A stretch of 19,369 bases of DNA from a virus: IMG/VR virus record IMGVR_UViG_3300045988_082853, positions 1 through 19,369 of that record; one strand, written 5' to 3'. Within the stretch, counting starts at the first letter, position 1. Every line of letters begins with the position of its first letter. The position numbers and the translations under genes are program-made. A model generated the notes under the pieces. That model did no database searches and was not told the origin of the DNA. It saw nothing but the letters and a program-made list of their open reading frames with translations. This document shows, piece after piece, positions 17,740 to 19,369 of this stretch.

Positions 17740-19369
17740 TGGAAAATCTATTACCCTATTTAAATGTACTTGAGGCAGACACTATTACAAGGGATAACGT
17801 AACCAAAGCCTTAGTAATAGATAAAGATGATAATATAGCTCTTTTAAATGGAGAAGATTTAGGAACTAATAATTATCAAGATCTGCAAAATAAGCCAGAA
17901 ATAAACGAAATATCTTTAAATGGGAATCTTACTGCAAGTGAGTTAGGATTAGCATCTACTAGCGATATACCTACTAAAACTAGTCAATTGACTAATGATA
18001 GTGGGTATATTACTAGCTTAGATGGATATGCTACAGAGGAATGAGTAAATAGTCAAGGATTTGCTACTAATGAATCTGTTACTGAAGGTTTAGCTGGAAA
18101 ACAAGATGAATTAGTTGAAGGTAATGGAATCAATATATCTGGAAATACTATATCTGCTGATTATAGTTCAATAGATAATAAGCCATCTTTAAATGGTAAG
18201 ACTTTGGAAGCCTCAACGAACATAGTTCCAGCAATACAGGTTCAAGCAATACCTACTAAATTGACTATTGCTCCCTCTTTAGGCAATCAAACTGGACAAG
18301 CAGTTGAACTTCCTGGATATGATACAAGTACTAATGCTTCTGGTATTTTAACATCTCAAGTATTTGGTATTCTTAATGATAAGTATACTAAAGAAGAAAT
18401 AGACAATATTAACAGTGCAATTAACACAGCTATTTCTAAAAAACAAGATAAATTAACAGCAGGAGCCAATATACGAATTGTAGATAACGTTATATCTGCA
18501 TTTAATAATCATTTATTCTTACATTTAGATGAAAATGATACAGAACATCAAGCTTATGTATATTCTTTTATTAAGTCTAATTTAGAGTTCTATTTATTTG
18601 CTGAGATAACTTATGAAGGCAAAGTAGTAGTTCTTCCTTTAGTTGCCATTGAAAACAACGAATCATTAGATTTAAAAGGAATGTATCTTAAAGATGATTC
18701 TACAATCGTTGAGGTATCTGCAGTTTTAGTAGCTAATGGTAACATAAGTGTAAATACTTCTGAAATATCAATATCTGGAGGTAGTGGAGGAACTAGCGAT
18801 TATAATCAATTAACAAATAAGCCACAGATTAATTCAGTAGAATTGTCTGGAAATAAAACCCTTGCTGATCTTGGTATTCAAGCTGCTGGAGATTATGCTA
18901 CTACTTCTGATTTGGCATTAAAAGCAGATAAAAGTACAGTTGATACATTACAAGAGCAAGTAACTAGTAATACCTCTGCAATTGCTACTAAACAGGATAT
19001 TCTTGTTAGTGGAGAATCAATTAGAACAATTAACAATCTTTCTTTATTAGGGGAAGGTAATATTAATGTAGGCGATGTTCCTTCTATTACAGTAGAAAAT
19101 GAGCAAATACCAAATGAGACAGATTTTAATAGAGTTGCAGAAGCTGCGGCAAATAATAGAGTTGTTTTAATTAGAATTAAAACTACTGAAATGACGTTAA
19201 CCTCTAATTATTGACAGTATGCCTCTTCAGAATCTCAGAGACTCTTTATTGCTTATGCAACATATTTATCAGGAACTAATAACATAACTCTGATGGCATA
19301 TATTATAGAAAATCAACCAGTTATGGTAGAAACTTATGATAAAGAATTACAAGAAGAGTTAGTTTCTGG
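17739..19369 (+). CDS. tail fibre protein (partial; runs off the 3' end of the window)
   Basis: Track pieces 17739..18044 and 18204..19214 and the remaining sequence share one frame, joined by TGAs at 18042 and 19212. A recurring fibre motif is present: YQDLQNKPEINEISLNGN, YSSIDNKPSLNGKTL, DYNQLTNKPQINSVELSGNKTLADLG. Also present are EEW(TGA)VNSQGFATNESVTEGLAGKQDEL and coiled segments (KADKSTVDTLQEQVTSNTSAIATKQD). Confidence 0.8.

Noticed and set aside
214-19369. TGA read as Gly (table 25) or selenocysteine
   Set aside because: The motif positions (NLEW, GVDW, C-x2-C-x3-W, BACON-like W) are Trp positions. The number and spread of TGAs is far too high for Sec, and no recurring SECIS-like hairpin follows them.
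1-19369. Search by eye for tRNA (including a UCA-anticodon suppressor), rRNA, CRISPR repeats, integrase/att sites and transposase ends
   Set aside because: The few intergenic gaps (4813-4932, 13375-13571, 16261-16335) contain no cloverleaf-like GTTCGAAT-type arms, no regularly spaced repeats and no terminal inverted repeats. Nothing can be supported.

Overview
AT-rich, all plus-strand, tightly packed structural and packaging region of a tailed dsDNA phage or prophage. The supplied ORF track is fragmented because it treats TGA as stop. Every break I traced inside a long gene is a TGA, never TAA or TAG, and the frame never changes. Several of these TGAs fall where conserved motifs require Trp: NLEW of the HNH endonuclease, GVDW of the terminase nuclease domain, and C-x2-C-x3-W of a membrane protein. 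Reading TGA as Trp (table-4-like) gives this order: a PD-(D/E)xK-like/HNH homing endonuclease, a two-ORF sigma-like factor, a small membrane protein, TerS, TerL (415 aa), a chaperone-like gene with a candidate -1 frameshift on a U9 run, and an HK97-gp10-like protein. These are followed by a 728-aa and an 1151-aa tail/baseplate protein, a 770-aa tape-measure-like protein, and a head module behind a perfect TTGACA-N17-TATAAT promoter (XkdF-like protease, scaffold, major capsid protein, tube-like protein, strong terminator). The window ends with two fibre/receptor-binding genes. The main points for follow-up are the stop-codon reassignment itself, the TGA-free and partly GC-richer head module, the frameshift site, the non-canonical module order with no portal gene in the window, the split sigma factor, and the absence of Shine-Dalgarno sequences. 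I saw no tRNA, rRNA, CRISPR array, integrase or transposase. All protein-family calls are motif recognition by eye, not database searches.
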